DNA of 64,000 bases, taken from assembly GCA_965249575.1 (NCBI GenBank), contig OZ252244.1, forward strand, positions 3,616,001 to 3,680,000, given 5' to 3'. Position numbers and translations under genes: made by a program. Shown here piece after piece: positions 43,796 through 54,133 of the stretch. The first letter of the stretch is position 1, and every line of letters begins with the position of its first letter. Under the pieces are notes generated by a model. The model saw nothing but the letters and a program-made list of their open reading frames with translations, was not told where the DNA came from and did no database searches. This DNA is from Gemmatimonadales bacterium (GTDB lineage Bacteria; Gemmatimonadota; Gemmatimonadetes; Gemmatimonadales; GWC2-71-9).

Positions 43796-44199
43796 GAATC
43801 GCGCTCGCGATCGTGGTTGGCGTGCTATTGACGGGCGCGGCCTGGATGATGGCCGGGGGGGAAGGCGGGGACGACCGGCGCGACTTACCCGTGCCCGGTC
43901 GCGAAACGAGGATCACCGTCGAGGTCCTGAACGTGGCGCGCGTAAACGGTCTCGCTCGTGCGGTCACCCGGCGCCTGCGGCGGGATGGAATCGACGTAGT
44001 GTCGTACGGCTCCGCGGGAGATTCGATTCTCGACTCAACGGTCATTGTGATTCGCCGTGGTGATTCCACGGCGGCGCTGCGTGTTCGGGACGCGCTGGGC
44101 TTCGGGCGAGTGATGGTCGATGTCGAGCCCCGGTTGCTTCTCGATGTCAGCGTGCTCGTCGGGATGGACGCGGCGGGAGGTTCCGGTCGCGACGAGTAG
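43744..44199 (+). CDS. Membrane-anchored LytR C-terminal domain protein
   Basis: TM segment, then VEVLN, GLARAVT, DVSVLVGMD; start uncertain. Confidence 0.75.
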   Translation: MVATRGDGTILERPRSLRIALAIVVGVLLTGAAWMMAGGEGGDDRRDLPVPGRETRITVEVLNVARVNGLARAVTRRLRRDGIDVVSYGSAGDSILDSTVIVIRRGDSTAALRVRDALGFGRVMVDVEPRLLLDVSVLVGMDAAGGSGRDE

Positions 44200-45198
44200 C
44201 TGACCGCATGCGGCGTCGATATCTACCCCCCGGCTCCGCCGGATCGTGGCTCTCACGCCATGGTGTCGCAAACGGCGCGCAAACCCTCGCATGGCGGCGG
44301 GCGGAGTCGGACGCAGTGACGGACTCCCACCTGGGTGCAGGGGTAGGAGGTTCACCAAGGCGTTAAGGGGGTTCGCAATCGCCGCGAGCGCGTCCGCATC
44401 TTCCAGGGTGTCGTTGGCTTCGTGAATCAGGACGTACTCGAAGGTCACGCGCCTGCGGAACGCGCGGAGCGCGCTCAGCACATCCGCGAGAGCGTACTTA
44501 TGCTCGATGGGGATCAACGGGCGCCGTCGGTCGCTGGTGGGTGCATGCAGCGAAAGCGCTAGGCGGAACTGTTCGGGCCGGGCAGCGAGTTTTGCGAGGG
44601 CCGGAATGATTCCCACCGTGCTGACGGTAATATGGCGCGCGCCAATTCCCAGGCCCTGGGCACCATTCAAGATCGTGAGCGCCACGTCCACCGCAGGCCA
44701 GTTATGGAGTGGCTCACCCATCCCCATGAAGACCACGTTGGTTGGTCGACCGATCTCGGGGTCGAGTGCCAGCTCCCGCACCTGCGCTGCGATCTCCCAC
44801 GGAGCGAGGTGTCGCTGGAATCCCATCCGCCCGGTTGCGCAGAAGGTACATCCGAACGCGCAGCCGACCTGCGAAGACACGCAGAGCGTTCGGCGTGCCC
44901 CTTCGGGAATGAGAACCGATTCGATTGCGGCACCGTCCGCCAGTCCCCAGAGGAACTTCATGGTTCCGTCGCGTGAGGTCTGGCGGGTCACGAGGCGCAA
45001 CCTCGCGAGCGGAAACTGTCGCTCGAGTTCAGTGCGGAGCGCTTGCGGCAGATCGGTCAATTCCGACCAAACGGCAACCGGACGTCGCCAGAGGCGGGGG
45101 ACGATTTGGCGCACGCGATAGCCTGGTAGCTCGCGCTCGCGGGCCCACGCGGCGAGCACGTCTCGAGCCTGGTTCGGCGGAACGTCGAGGAGGTTCAC
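44035..45198 (-). CDS. rlmN: Dual-specificity RNA methyltransferase RlmN
   Basis: CVSSQVGCAFGCTFCATG, VFMGMGEPLHN, SLHAP, DIDAACGQL. Confidence 0.95.
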   Translation of the reverse strand: MNLLDVPPNQARDVLAAWARERELPGYRVRQIVPRLWRRPVAVWSELTDLPQALRTELERQFPLARLRLVTRQTSRDGTMKFLWGLADGAAIESVLIPEGARRTLCVSSQVGCAFGCTFCATGRMGFQRHLAPWEIAAQVRELALDPEIGRPTNVVFMGMGEPLHNWPAVDVALTILNGAQGLGIGARHITVSTVGIIPALAKLAARPEQFRLALSLHAPTSDRRRPLIPIEHKYALADVLSALRAFRRRVTFEYVLIHEANDTLEDADALAAIANPLNALVNLLPLHPGGSPSLRPTPPAAMRGFARRLRHHGVRATIRRSRGVDIDAACGQLLVATGTSRRVHPDEHADIEKQPGLDIDHHSPEAQRVPNTQRRRGITTANHNDR

Positions 45199-46124
45199 CG
45201 AGAGAGGTCGAGCTCGAGGCCTACGCGGAACGTACCCCCCACATGGTTTGCGCCGCCGCCCCGCGCGGCAGAGATCGCGTATCGCCCCAGCCGCAACGAG
45301 ACCTCAACAGCAGGGCGCCACACCGTGCTGGCGTAGTCCGCCTCACGGTGGTAGGTGGCATCGATGTGGAGGCGGTCTTCGAGCGAGAGCCCAGCCCCGA
45401 AAGCGTGATCGAGGCCACCCCGGTCCCGGGCGGTGGTGCCGTACCTCCCAGTAACGGACGAGCGTCGACCCCATAGAGACGGGGTCCAGAGGACGTATTC
45501 CAGAGCAGCGAGGTAGGATGTGGATTCCCGAGACTGTACATCGACGGGAAGAAAATGCGTTGCCGCCGCTACCGTGAGACGGGGCGTGATCTCGAATGAC
45601 ACACCGATGTCCGCAGTCACCCCGCCCTCGCGGAACTGATCGAATCGCGCGTCGTGACCGCGGATCATCACGGCGCTCTTGACGCGTCCAAGGCCGGCCG
45701 CGAGGGTGGCGCCGCCCACCTGCTCATATACTGGGATCGTCCCGAGCTGCGCGACCGGGGAGGTCCCCGTGCGGACGAGGTCCCTGATCTGCAGGCGGCC
45801 GAGGATGATTCCGACCTCGAGATGCCTTCCGAGCGTCCGCGTAACGCCAACGAGGAGCCCGCTCAGCCGTACCGCGTCCGAGGTCTCGAAGACCTGAATC
45901 CCGACATTCAAGCCGCGTCCGCCGGCTCGGGCGGCCGGGTTCCAAAACCTCGCCGTCGCCCCGCTTTCGAGGGGAGCGGGCCTGGCGAGTGTGGGGGCCG
46001 GCACCCGCCACATGTCGGCCGCGACCGGCGCCTGCGCACCCATTATGACAGGCCAAACGGCGAGAAGAGCGGATAGTGAAGGGCTCACGACGCGAAGGTT
46101 CACCGGGGCGAGGAGGAGTGTCAA
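45195..46124 (-). CDS. Putative outer-membrane protein (PorV/FadL-like WNPA motif)
   Basis: Signal-like N-terminus, ATARFWNPAA, amphipathic strands, terminal FRVGLELDL; start uncertain. Confidence 0.55.
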   Translation of the reverse strand: MTLLLAPVNLRVVSPSLSALLAVWPVIMGAQAPVAADMWRVPAPTLARPAPLESGATARFWNPAARAGGRGLNVGIQVFETSDAVRLSGLLVGVTRTLGRHLEVGIILGRLQIRDLVRTGTSPVAQLGTIPVYEQVGGATLAAGLGRVKSAVMIRGHDARFDQFREGGVTADIGVSFEITPRLTVAAATHFLPVDVQSRESTSYLAALEYVLWTPSLWGRRSSVTGRYGTTARDRGGLDHAFGAGLSLEDRLHIDATYHREADYASTVWRPAVEVSLRLGRYAISAARGGGANHVGGTFRVGLELDLSR

Positions 46125-46399
46125 GGTGGCGCTTGCTGGGTCTCGGATGGGCCATTATGTTGAAGCCGTGTTGGCACTTGGAACGTCCCGCGCGGCGCCG
46201 CTGCGGCGTCGTGGTGGCCCCGCTGGCGCCAGCCTCGCGTTGCGCCCCCGCGCGTCCGGCATTGTCGTCGGGCTCACGGCGGGATCCGGCACATCCCCTG
46301 GTGAAGCCCCCTCGCTCCTGGCGCCTGTTGTGGGGTTTGAGGCTCGTAGACGCCCGCTTGCAGTCGTGCGAAACCGAGGCCGCGTAGTCTGAGGGGCCG

Positions 46400-48166
46400 A
46401 TGACCGCGACCGCGATGCGGACGCACAACTGCGGGGCTCTTCGCGCGAACCACATCGGCCAGGAGGTTCGGATCGCCGGGTGGATTCACCGGCGCCGCGA
46501 CCTCGGTGGCATCGTCTTCTACGACGTCCGGGATCGAGAGGGACTCGTACAGGTAGCCTTCGGACCGGACTGGTCTCCGGCGGAAGTCATCGAGCTGGCG
46601 TCCGGGGCGACCGCCGAATGCGTCGTCCTTATCGCTGGACGGGTAGCAGCCAGGCCCGAAGGTGCCCGCAATCCAGACGTATCTACCGGAGACGTTGAGG
46701 TCCGTGCGACTGAGCTCCACGTGCACGCGCACGTTCCCCCTCCCGCGATTCCGGTTTGGCGGGCGAAGGGCGAGCCGCCGCCGTCCGAGGAACTCCGCCT
46801 GCAGCACCGCCACCTGGATCTCCGCCGGCCGGAGTTGCAGCGCAATCTCGGCTTGCGGCACCGGCTACTGCAGCGGGCTCGCCGCACGCTGAGCGATCTC
46901 GGATTCCTGGAAATCGAGACGCCGATTCTTACGAAGCCGACCCCGGAGGGCGCGCGGGACTTTCTGGTGCCGTCAAGGGTGCACCCCGGGCAGTTCTATG
47001 CTCTTCCACAGTCACCGCAGCTGTACAAGCAGTTGCTCATGGTCGCCGGATTTGACCGCTACTTCCAGCTCGCCCGATGCTTTCGTGACGAGGATTTGCG
47101 TGCGGACCGGCAGCCCGAGTTCACGCAGATTGACATCGAGGCCTCCTTCGTCAGTGCGGAGGATGTCCGCTCAATCGTGGAGGCGGTGCTGGTCGCGCTG
47201 TGGGAGGAGGGTGGCCACAGCGTCGCCTCGCCGTTTCCGCGAATGACGTATCACGATGCGATGGAACGGTACGGCACCGACAAACCTGATTTGCGCTTCA
47301 AACTGTCGATCGACGACCTTGTCGGGCAGCTCGCCGGCCGCGGGTTTCGGGTTTTCGATAACGAGATCGCCAAAGGTGGGCGCGTGCGGGGTATATACGC
47401 GCCCGGGGGTGCGGTGTTGTCTCGGCGAGAGGTCGACGAGTTTACAGGAATCGTCAAGGATGCCGGGCTGGGCGGGCTCGCGGTGGCAAAACGCAACGGC
47501 GACACGCTTTCCGGTCCGCTCTCGAAGATCGAAGGAGTGACGATCGAAACGCTCGCGATGAAGGACGGCGATCTGCTGCTCGCGGTGGCGGGACGAGATC
47601 AAGTGACGTCACCGGCACTGGACCGGGTGCGCTCGTCGCTCATCTCGCGGCTCGGTATCGAGCCGACCGCAGCGCATGCCTTCACGTGGGTGGACGAGTT
47701 TCCGCTGTTCGAGCAGGAGGCGAACACGGGCGCATGGGCGTTCCTGCATCACCCCTTCACCGCACCCCACGCCGATGACGTCCCGCGACTGATGGAGCGA
47801 CAGCGTGAAGGCCTGCGAGCACTTCACTATGATGCCGTGTACAACGGGCATGAGCTCGGGAGCGGTTCGATTCGAATCACGGATCCGCTGGTGCAACAAC
47901 AGATCTTTGACCTGCTGGGTATCAAACCCGATGAGGTCGAGCGACGTTTCGGGTTTCTGCTTCGCGCCCTGCGGGACGGCGCGCCGCCGCACGGTGGGTT
48001 TGCCATCGGGTTCGATCGGGTTGCGATGCTGCTCGCCGGCGCTACGAGCCTCCGAGAGGTGATTGCCTTCCCGAAAACCACCGCGGCGCGAGCGCTGTTC
48101 GAGGACGCCCCGACATCCGTGGACCCGGACGAGCTCGCTTCGCTCCATATCGGGCCACGAGCGTGA
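46400..48166 (+). CDS. aspS: Aspartate--tRNA ligase
   Basis: MRTHNCG, RRRDLGG, EGARDFLVP, LPQSPQLYKQ, FRDEDLRADRQPEFTQID, GAPPHGG. Confidence 0.97.
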   Translation: MTATAMRTHNCGALRANHIGQEVRIAGWIHRRRDLGGIVFYDVRDREGLVQVAFGPDWSPAEVIELASGATAECVVLIAGRVAARPEGARNPDVSTGDVEVRATELHVHAHVPPPAIPVWRAKGEPPPSEELRLQHRHLDLRRPELQRNLGLRHRLLQRARRTLSDLGFLEIETPILTKPTPEGARDFLVPSRVHPGQFYALPQSPQLYKQLLMVAGFDRYFQLARCFRDEDLRADRQPEFTQIDIEASFVSAEDVRSIVEAVLVALWEEGGHSVASPFPRMTYHDAMERYGTDKPDLRFKLSIDDLVGQLAGRGFRVFDNEIAKGGRVRGIYAPGGAVLSRREVDEFTGIVKDAGLGGLAVAKRNGDTLSGPLSKIEGVTIETLAMKDGDLLLAVAGRDQVTSPALDRVRSSLISRLGIEPTAAHAFTWVDEFPLFEQEANTGAWAFLHHPFTAPHADDVPRLMERQREGLRALHYDAVYNGHELGSGSIRITDPLVQQQIFDLLGIKPDEVERRFGFLLRALRDGAPPHGGFAIGFDRVAMLLAGATSLREVIAFPKTTAARALFEDAPTSVDPDELASLHIGPRA

Positions 48167-49116
48167 GCGACGCCGTCGTCCACCGGCTCTCTGTGGAGGG
48201 AGCGGACCCTCTTACGCTAGCTGGCGTGAATGATGGGAACCTCGTCGAGCTGGAGCGGACGACGGGGGTGCGGGTGGCGCTGCGCGGCGACCAGGTCACG
48301 CTTGCGGGAGCCCTAGAAGCGGTAGAGCGGGCGACGAGGGTCGCCGCGACCATGATCGACGCCGCCCGGATGGGTGAATCGCTCACGATTGACGATGTCC
48401 GGCGTTTCGCGAGCGAGCACGTCGACGCTCATGAGCTTCGCACGAACGCCGAGCAGCGAATTGCCCTCCCGGGAATGCGCCGGGTCATCCAACCAAAGAC
48501 ACCCGGACAACGGGAGTATCTCGCCGCGATCCGAGAGCATGAAATCGTCGTGGGCATCGGGCCAGCCGGCACCGGCAAGACCTATCTCGCGGTGGCGGTG
48601 GGAGTCGAGGCGCTGGCGCGAAAACGGGTCCGGCGTCTCGTCCTCGCGCGCCCCGCGGTCGAGGCTGGCGAGCGGCTTGGCTTTCTTCCGGGAGACCTGC
48701 AAGCCAAGGTGGATCCCTACCTCCGTCCCCTATACGACGCGCTCGAGGACATGATGCCGGCGGACCGGTTCCAGCGCGCGCTGGAGACGCGTACCATCGA
48801 GATCGCCCCGCTGGGCTACATGCGCGGCCGCACGCTCACCGATGCGTTCGTGATTCTCGATGAAGCCCAAAACGTGACTGGTGGGCAGATGAAGATGTTC
48901 CTCACGCGTTTGGGTGTGAATTCGCGCGCCGTCGTGATCGGCGACAAAACGCAGATCGACCTGCCCACGCGCGAGGAATCTGGGCTGATACACGTCGAGC
49001 GGATTCTCCCGGGGATCGCCGGCGTGGCTTTTCGGTATCTGGAAGAGAAGGACGTCGTACGCCACCGGCTCGTTCGTGATATCATTCGTGCATACGCCAA
49101 GGGCGAGGGTCGGTGA
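48163..49116 (+). CDS. PhoH/YbeZ family ATPase
   Basis: GPAGTGKT, RPAVEAGERLGFLPG, MRGRT, DEAQN, DVVRH. Confidence 0.95.
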   Translation: MSDAVVHRLSVEGADPLTLAGVNDGNLVELERTTGVRVALRGDQVTLAGALEAVERATRVAATMIDAARMGESLTIDDVRRFASEHVDAHELRTNAEQRIALPGMRRVIQPKTPGQREYLAAIREHEIVVGIGPAGTGKTYLAVAVGVEALARKRVRRLVLARPAVEAGERLGFLPGDLQAKVDPYLRPLYDALEDMMPADRFQRALETRTIEIAPLGYMRGRTLTDAFVILDEAQNVTGGQMKMFLTRLGVNSRAVVIGDKTQIDLPTREESGLIHVERILPGIAGVAFRYLEEKDVVRHRLVRDIIRAYAKGEGR

Positions 49117-51332
49117 ACGACGTTCGGCTGGACACGTTGACGTTCGAGCCAGACGCTAGCCGTCTGCCGCGCTCCATCGCATTTCACGCCGCCCGGTGGG
49201 CGCCGGTTCTGGGGCTGGCCCTCCTCACGTATCTCCTCTACCCGTTGTCCCGCGGGTTCGACGCTCCAATGCTCGACGTTGGCGAAGTGGCGCCCACAGA
49301 GGTCCTGGCACCCTTCGAGTTCGTCGTGAGAAAATCCGCTGCCGAGATGGCGCGCGAGGGTGAGGCGCTCGCCGGAACGGTGCGCCCCATCTACGAGTAT
49401 CGTGGCGGCATCATCGACTCCAGCAACGCGCGAGTCGACTCCCTGTTCACCGCCCTCGATAGCGTTACCAGCCCGCAGGGGCGCGCCGAGGTCGCGTTGG
49501 GTTTTGGTGTGCGGTTGACATCGGAGGAAGCCGAGCACCTGCAGAGTCGCCGTCGTCGGAGGGCTTTTCGCACGAGTCTTGAGCGACTGCTCGGTCGCAC
49601 ATTAACGCTTGGCGTTCCGGCAGGGGGCACCGTCGAAACCGAGCTGAGCCGTGAGATCGTGGTCCGCCGAGCCGGCCGGGAACGGGTGGTGCGTCGGGAC
49701 TCGGTGCTGAGTTACGGCAGGTTTCTCGAGCGGCGAGCCGACGAACACCCCGAACCCAACTCGTCGTTAGGCGATCAGATCTTTCTCAAGATGATCAACG
49801 CATTCTTCCGGCCGGCTCTCATTCCCAACGGAGCCGAAACCGAGGCATTGCGCGCACAGCTGCGAGCAAGCGTCGATTCCGTCAAGGACGTCGTACGGCA
49901 GAACGAGCGGATCATCAACGCGCACGAAGTCGTGACGCCGGAAGCGCGAGATCGACTCGTCGCGCTCAGGGCGGACCTTCTGCGCCAAGGCGCGGGGGAG
50001 TCCATCAGCCTGCGGGGTGGGGCCGGCCAGGTCGTTCAAAACGCGCTCATCATATCGATTTTCTGGCTCTTGCTGACCCTGTACCGACGGGAGACCTATC
50101 GGCAGCTGCGACAGGTTCTGGTGTTGGCGCTGCTGTTCGGTCTCGTCGTGGTCGGCGCAGCCGTCAACTATCGGTTTATCAACGCGGGGCCGGAGCTGAT
50201 TCCTATCCCCTTCGCCACGATGTTGATCACTGTATTGCTGTCCGGCCGGGTCTCGATGGTCGCGGCCGCGGTCCTGGCGGTCCTGCTCGGCACGCAAGTG
50301 GCGTATGGCGGACCCGGTGGCCTGTATCTCCCACTACTGGGGGGTGTGGGTGGCGCATTGAGCGTTCGCGCAATCCGCAGCCGAACGCAGGTCTTGACCT
50401 CCGGGGCGATCGTGACGGGGGCGTTCATCCTCGCGTCGACGACACTCGCGCTGCGTCTGGGGTGGTCGTTTCCGGAGCTCGGGTCGAGCATTATGAGCGG
50501 CGCGGCGAACGCGGTGGTATCCGCGGCCTTCGTGACGTTCGCGCTCCCCATCTTCGAGTCGCTCGCGGGCGTAACAACGGACATGACCCTGCTCGAGCTG
50601 TCCGACCCGAGCAGGCCCCTCCTCAGGAAGCTCGCGACAGAGGCGCCCGGGACGTATGCACACAGTATCGCCATGGCCAACCTGTGTGAGGCGGCCTGCA
50701 ACGCCGTTGGCGCCAACGGACTGCTCGCACGGGTCGGCTGTTACTATCACGACATCGGGAAGCTCAAGAAGCCACAGTTTTTCGTCGAGAACCAAGCGCC
50801 CGGAGTCAATCCACACGACAAGCTCAAGCCGGACGTCTCGGCCGGAATCATCCGAAATCACATTCGCGATGGCCTTGCACTAGCGGAGGAGCACCGTCTC
50901 CCAGACGTCATCAAGGCGTTCATTCCCGAACATCACGGGACCGCCGAGATCACATACTTCTTGGAACGCGCCAGGAGCCGCGGCAGCGAGACGGAGACAT
51001 CGCCGGAACATTACCGTTACCCAGGGCCCAGACCGCAGTCGGTCGAGACCGCCGTGGCGCTGCTGGCGGACGGTGTCGAGGCGGGGCTGAGGGTGCTGGA
51101 CGAGCCGACACCCCAGAAGATCGCCGCGGCGATCGACCACATTGTCCGTCAACGCATTACGGCCGGGCAGCTCGAGGAGGCACCCCTCACCCTGGCTCAG
51201 CTCAATCGGGTGAAAGCGGAGTTCGTTCGGGTACTGACTGGGATGCATCACAACCGGATTGACTATCCCAAGGCGAGTGGCGGCATCACGGCAGGGTGGC
51301 AGGGCGGCGTCACCGGCGTGAGAGCGAGGTGA
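49113..51332 (+). CDS. 7TM-HD (HDIG) membrane phosphohydrolase, PgpH-like
   Basis: Extracytoplasmic domain, about 7 TM segments, EAPGTYAHS, YYHDIGK, FFVENQ, EHHGT, RYPGPRP. Confidence 0.9.
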   Translation: MNDVRLDTLTFEPDASRLPRSIAFHAARWAPVLGLALLTYLLYPLSRGFDAPMLDVGEVAPTEVLAPFEFVVRKSAAEMAREGEALAGTVRPIYEYRGGIIDSSNARVDSLFTALDSVTSPQGRAEVALGFGVRLTSEEAEHLQSRRRRRAFRTSLERLLGRTLTLGVPAGGTVETELSREIVVRRAGRERVVRRDSVLSYGRFLERRADEHPEPNSSLGDQIFLKMINAFFRPALIPNGAETEALRAQLRASVDSVKDVVRQNERIINAHEVVTPEARDRLVALRADLLRQGAGESISLRGGAGQVVQNALIISIFWLLLTLYRRETYRQLRQVLVLALLFGLVVVGAAVNYRFINAGPELIPIPFATMLITVLLSGRVSMVAAAVLAVLLGTQVAYGGPGGLYLPLLGGVGGALSVRAIRSRTQVLTSGAIVTGAFILASTTLALRLGWSFPELGSSIMSGAANAVVSAAFVTFALPIFESLAGVTTDMTLLELSDPSRPLLRKLATEAPGTYAHSIAMANLCEAACNAVGANGLLARVGCYYHDIGKLKKPQFFVENQAPGVNPHDKLKPDVSAGIIRNHIRDGLALAEEHRLPDVIKAFIPEHHGTAEITYFLERARSRGSETETSPEHYRYPGPRPQSVETAVALLADGVEAGLRVLDEPTPQKIAAAIDHIVRQRITAGQLEEAPLTLAQLNRVKAEFVRVLTGMHHNRIDYPKASGGITAGWQGGVTGVRAR

Positions 51333-51748
51333 CGGTGGCCGGCGCCAGCGATGACCTAGCGGTGACCGACGTTCGGGAAGTCGTCGGGGCCGTTCTGTCC
51401 TGGGAAGACGCCGAATCGACGGATCTGAGTGTGACCTTTCTCTCCGCCGAGCGCATGCGCGCGCTGAATCGCCGCGCGCGTGGGGCTGATCGGACGACCG
51501 ATGTAATTGCCTATCGCCTGCCGCACCCGGGGTCCGTGGTGGGCGATGTATACGTGTGCCCGGCCGTGGCTCGGCGCTCAGCGCGGGCGGCCGGCATCGA
51601 GGCTCGCGAGGAACTCGTTCGCCTCGTGGTACACGGAACGCTGCACGTACTCGGGTGGGAGCACGCGGACGACGAGACGCGCGTCCAATCGGAGATGTGG
51701 CTGAGGCAGGAGCGATACGTGCAGCGCCTGGTCCCACCGAACTGGTAG
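51296..51748 (+). CDS. ybeY: rRNA maturation endoribonuclease YbeY
   Basis: TTDVIAY, GDVYVCP, HGTLHVLGWEH. Confidence 0.9.
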   Translation: MAGRRHRRESEVTVAGASDDLAVTDVREVVGAVLSWEDAESTDLSVTFLSAERMRALNRRARGADRTTDVIAYRLPHPGSVVGDVYVCPAVARRSARAAGIEAREELVRLVVHGTLHVLGWEHADDETRVQSEMWLRQERYVQRLVPPNW

Positions 51749-51758
51749 CCGGGCGTCG

Positions 51759-52943
51759 ATGACGGGGGTATTGCTGGGGGCCGGACTGGCCTGCGCTTTG
51801 TGGGCGGGGCTACTGGCGTTAGCTGAGGAGTCACCTCGGATTTCGAGGGCCATCGGACTGCCGCCCGGAGCTAAGGGGGAAGCCGTGCCGGTGCACCGAG
51901 CCCTGTTCGTGAGTCGGCTCGTTCTCGTTCTGCTCGCTGGAGCGTTGACGGCGGCCGCCCTGAGGTGGTGGGACCGTCCGGTCATTACGGGCTTCGGGGT
52001 AGCCCTCCTCTCGGCCGTTGTATTGTACCTGGTGGCCGATGCCGTGCCGCGGGGGGCCGCGGGGCTCGCGCCGAAGCTCTCGGATTCTGCGGTCGGTCTC
52101 GCGAAAGCGAGCTTGATAGCCTTCAAACCGTTGCTCGGCATCGTGAACGCCGCGGATCGGATCACCCACTCGATCATACCCACCCCCGCGTCGTCGGGCG
52201 CCCTGCGCCCCGGCCAGCGGGACATGCTGCTCGGCGTCTTTTCGCTTGGAGACACGACCGTCGGGGACATCATGACCCCCCGTCTCGACGTTGCGGCCAT
52301 CGACGCCGACGCGCCGTGGTCGGAGGTGGTCGATTTGCTACGGCGATCGGAACATGCTCGGATCCCAGTGTACGAGGGCAATCTGGACGACGTCGCAGGC
52401 ATTCTCCACGCCAAGGATCTCGTCCCCTCCATCAGTGGCGTGCGAAAGGTGCCCGAGCGCTGGCAGGATCTGGCGCGTCCGGCGCAGTTCGTCCCCGAGT
52501 CCAAGACGAACGCGGCGCAACTCCGCGATTTTCAACGCGGGCCGTCACACTTGGCGATCGTCGTGGATGAGTTTGGAGGGACGTCCGGATTGATCACCCT
52601 CGAGGACGTCCTGGAGGAGATCGTCGGAGAGATTCACGACGAATACGATGCGGATGAAGAGCCCGCCGTCGAGCGCGAAGGTGACGATCGGTTCTGGGTC
52701 GACGGGAGCCTGCCGCTGGACGAGTTGGGGGGGGTGCTGGACGCGCAGCTTGAGCGGGACGAGGTGAGCACGGTCGGCGGCCTCATCTACTCGGAGCTGG
52801 GACGGGTCCCGCGGCCGGGTGAAGAGCTGCGGATCGGGGACTTTCGCGTGGTGTTGGAGCAGGTGGTGCGTCGACGCATTCGCCGAGTGTACTTCGAGCG
52901 GATTCATGCATCGGCGGACACCCAGGTCTCGGAGACGGAATGA
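51759..52943 (+). CDS. HlyC/CorC (CNNM-CBS-CorC) family transporter
   Basis: TM region, IMTPR, HARIPVY, VVDEFGGTSGLITLEDVLEEIVGEIHDEYD. Confidence 0.9.
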   Translation: MTGVLLGAGLACALWAGLLALAEESPRISRAIGLPPGAKGEAVPVHRALFVSRLVLVLLAGALTAAALRWWDRPVITGFGVALLSAVVLYLVADAVPRGAAGLAPKLSDSAVGLAKASLIAFKPLLGIVNAADRITHSIIPTPASSGALRPGQRDMLLGVFSLGDTTVGDIMTPRLDVAAIDADAPWSEVVDLLRRSEHARIPVYEGNLDDVAGILHAKDLVPSISGVRKVPERWQDLARPAQFVPESKTNAAQLRDFQRGPSHLAIVVDEFGGTSGLITLEDVLEEIVGEIHDEYDADEEPAVEREGDDRFWVDGSLPLDELGGVLDAQLERDEVSTVGGLIYSELGRVPRPGEELRIGDFRVVLEQVVRRRIRRVYFERIHASADTQVSETE

Positions 52944-54133
52944 GCGGTTGGTGGTTGGTTGGCGCAGGCAGTGTCCTCGCTGGAGCGGGAATGACGGTCG
53001 GGGTGGCCGGCGCCGCCATCAGCCGGCTGGAGCTCGTGCGTTGGATCTCCAAACGGCTTACCGGGGCCACCATAGCCGGGGCGCTCTTGACGACGCCTTG
53101 GCGTGTATTGGCATCGGCCAATGCCCTTTCAGCCATCGGTCTGTTGCTCGCCGGGGTCGGCCTAGCGCAACAGCTGGATCGTCTGCCCCCACCGATCGCC
53201 GCCGCCACGCTCCTGGGCATTGCAGTCCCAGTGCTGGTCGCAGTCGGCTACACGCTGCCTCGAGCGGCCGGCCGCCGGTGGCCCGATGGGATCGTGCAGG
53301 TGGCCGCTCCGTGGTTTGAGCGGGCGGCTCGGGTGCTGGCGCCCGCCCTCCCCAACCTGGACGCCGCTCGGGCCACCGCGCTGACAACCGCGCTGCGGGT
53401 CGGGCAGGCCGAAGGTGTGTTCGGCCCGAACGAACTCACCGTGTTTTCGGGCGTGGTGGCTTTCACCGAGCGTACGGTGCGGGAAGTGATTACGCCCCGC
53501 ACCGACATCGTGGCCGTGGAACAGGGCGCCCCTCTGTCCGAAGTCGCGCGCATCGTCGCCGAGTCGGGCTACTCCCGACTGCCGATCTTTCGGGACTCGC
53601 TGGACAACATCGTGGGAATGGTCTACGCGTTCGACCTCATCAAGGTCGCGCCGGACGTTGAGCTGCCCGTCCGACCCGTCAGTATGGCGCCGGCGTCGAA
53701 GCGGTGCGCGGATCTGTTGTACGAGATGCAGCGCGACCGGCGGCAGTTCGCCGTGGTGCTCGATGAGTTTGGCGGAACGGCAGGCATCGCGACCTTTGAG
53801 GACCTTCTAGAGGAACTCGTGGGTGAGATCTTCGACGAGCACGATGGACAGTCGTGGCCCGATCTGCCTGCGTCCTCACTCATCGAGATCGATGGGGCGA
53901 CCTCGAGCGCCGAAGTCGCGGCGCGGTACGGCGTCGAGCTCCCCGGTGGTGCCGAAACGATCGGGGGCATCCTGGCAAAGCGCATCGGCCGGATCCCCCA
54001 TTCGGGAGAACGCTTCAGCGTCGCCGGTTTGGAATTCGACGTTCTCGCCGCCACACCGACGCGGGTCGAGCGGCTCGCCGTGCGCCGCGAACCGGTTTCG
54101 GTGGTGGGTCTGGCCCCGGGGGAGCTCGCGTGA
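52940..54133 (+). CDS. HlyC/CorC (CNNM-CBS-CorC) family transporter, second copy
   Basis: VITPRTD, GYSRLP, VLDEFGGTAGIATFEDLLEELVGEIFDEHD. Confidence 0.9.
   Translation: MSGWWLVGAGSVLAGAGMTVGVAGAAISRLELVRWISKRLTGATIAGALLTTPWRVLASANALSAIGLLLAGVGLAQQLDRLPPPIAAATLLGIAVPVLVAVGYTLPRAAGRRWPDGIVQVAAPWFERAARVLAPALPNLDAARATALTTALRVGQAEGVFGPNELTVFSGVVAFTERTVREVITPRTDIVAVEQGAPLSEVARIVAESGYSRLPIFRDSLDNIVGMVYAFDLIKVAPDVELPVRPVSMAPASKRCADLLYEMQRDRRQFAVVLDEFGGTAGIATFEDLLEELVGEIFDEHDGQSWPDLPASSLIEIDGATSSAEVAARYGVELPGGAETIGGILAKRIGRIPHSGERFSVAGLEFDVLAATPTRVERLAVRREPVSVVGLAPGELA

Noticed and set aside
46125..46399. tRNA or T-box in the divergent intergenic region before aspS
   Set aside because: No cloverleaf with a T-loop GTTCRA and no AGGGTGGNACCGCG T-box sequence was seen.
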